DNA of 64,000 nt, taken from the NCBI GenBank assembly GCA_964016885.1, contig OZ024743.1:26102001-26166000 (forward strand), in the 5' to 3' direction. Positions 62,346 to 64,000 of this stretch are shown one piece after another. The notes under the pieces were generated by a model. That model had not been told where the DNA came from. It ran no database searches and saw only the letters and a list, made by a program, of their open reading frames with translations. A program made the position numbers and the translations under genes. Source of the stretch: Eledone cirrhosa. Lineage: Eukaryota. Position 1 is the stretch's first letter. Every line of letters starts with the position of its first letter.

Positions 62346-62915
62346 CAACAATACATTTAAGATGATAAAGATATGATTTAAAGTAGAATGTTTAGAATAC
62401 TTTTAGTATTGTGACTGCGTAGAGAATCAGTCGTTTGCCTCAACAGAGGTAAAGAGACTGGTCCGTGTTGAGTGGACGTAGCCTAGCCGAATGGTTACGG
62501 AGTTCACTTCACAATCATTAGTTCCCGGGTTCAATCCCACTGCATGTCATCTTGGGAATATGCCATTTACCATAGCTTTGAGATGACCCAGGTTTTGTGA
62601 GTGAAACTGAGGGGACAGAAACTGTTTGGATGAAATATACCGGAGAATTACTACTAGTATATGTGTATCTGTAGAATGCTCAGCCACTTACAAGTTAATT
62701 TCATGAGTCAGCTGTTCCATTGATCGAAAAACTTTAAGAACCCTCGTCGAAATCGGTGAAGGTTCATTCCAAGGTCGTTGTTGCCTATTTAATTAATGTT
62801 AATTTAAATTGGATAATATTTATGTTATATTGTTTTTATTTATTTAACATTTTAATGCGCGGTCACGGCTTTGTATACAAACTTACACAGATACTATATA
62901 TATGACCCTCCCCAA

Positions 62916-62959
<44 letters not shown>

Positions 62960-63373
62960 TGAGATGCCATGGAGAACATGTAGACACATGTAAAGACAAG
63001 TAACAACACATAATTAAACACACATCGACTTTTCGTGTTGAACAAAAATCTACCAAATATACATGGATACCTACATACAGACGCACAGACATACAAACAG
63101 ACAGACTCAAACATGCATACCACACACACAAACACACATACACACACACACACACCATATATACAGAATGTTCCAAAAACGTATATACACACCTTGATTA
63201 CCTGTACAGGGAATATTTATTAGAATATATATATATATATACATATATATATAAATATAACTTGAAATAAAATGAAAACGAAATTTCATTTCTCACTCTT
63301 AGTACGGCACTTACTTAAATGTAAGTATGTGTGTATACGTACATACATATATGTATACAGACGTACAGTAGCA

Positions 63374-63427
<54 letters not shown>

Positions 63428-64000
63428 CTGGTACACATACATATATGCACGTATCAATTTAGCGGACGCTTATTATAACGCCGCTTTGTTCGTTTGTAAA
63501 CAAACTGAACAGCCTGAATTTTATGCCGTACGGTGTTAAGGCAACCACGTCACCTTTTTGTTCAACACTCACACAGGAACGATGTACTAGTTTCAAGCTT
63601 GTTAGCTATCATCAGCACCGTATACCCTTCTGCCAGATAGTTGAACGTTCGAAAGTATATACTTTCCTTATGAAAATTAACGGCTGAGCAGCCTAATTTG
63701 CATATCGAGTGAGTTAAGTCGGTCAGGCATACCGAAAACGATAAGTTGAAATAAAATGAAAACGAAATTTCATTTCTCACTCTTGTTGTTCTCACGTTGT
63801 TCTATCAAGGAGCGTGAGGCGTCTTACTACAGTACCTCGAGCCAGATTTTCAAACTATTGAAAATCGATGTCATTACTCACATGTGGAGTAAGATGGCGA
63901 ACAATGCAACAAGGGGGAGCTATCCGCTCTAGCAAAAATTGAATCCAGAATAAGGATTTGAAAAATGTTAAAAAAAAAAACGACATGCATGCATAAAAAA

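Overview
AT-rich, microsatellite-dense eukaryotic genomic DNA. The repeat landscape looks cephalopod/octopus-like, but that is inference. The window holds a tRNA-Gly(GCC) gene and a minus-strand protein-coding gene of about 15 exons (812-44916). That gene can be spliced by eye into a ~480-aa coiled-coil protein with a WGKPGGGAP motif. It also holds an intact RLE-type (R4/Dong-like) LINE ORF, many tRNA-derived SINEs, and RTE, CRE, Tigger and Helitron remnants. The standout signal is a 6.9-kb array of 22 near-identical 310-bp units (24662-31578) between two multi-kb (TA)n tracts. Every unit carries a type I hammerhead ribozyme with a palindromic helix III, and almost the whole unit folds into hairpins, so it looks like a retrozyme/circular-RNA-generating array. 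At least five further families of short, (TA)n-flanked, fold-back elements are scattered through the introns. They carry complete, truncated or variant hammerheads and share a 3' ACTC..GAGTRC hairpin, consistent with Penelope-like pLTR derivatives. The long I/Y/T/H/C/V ORFs in the ORF track are microsatellite artefacts.
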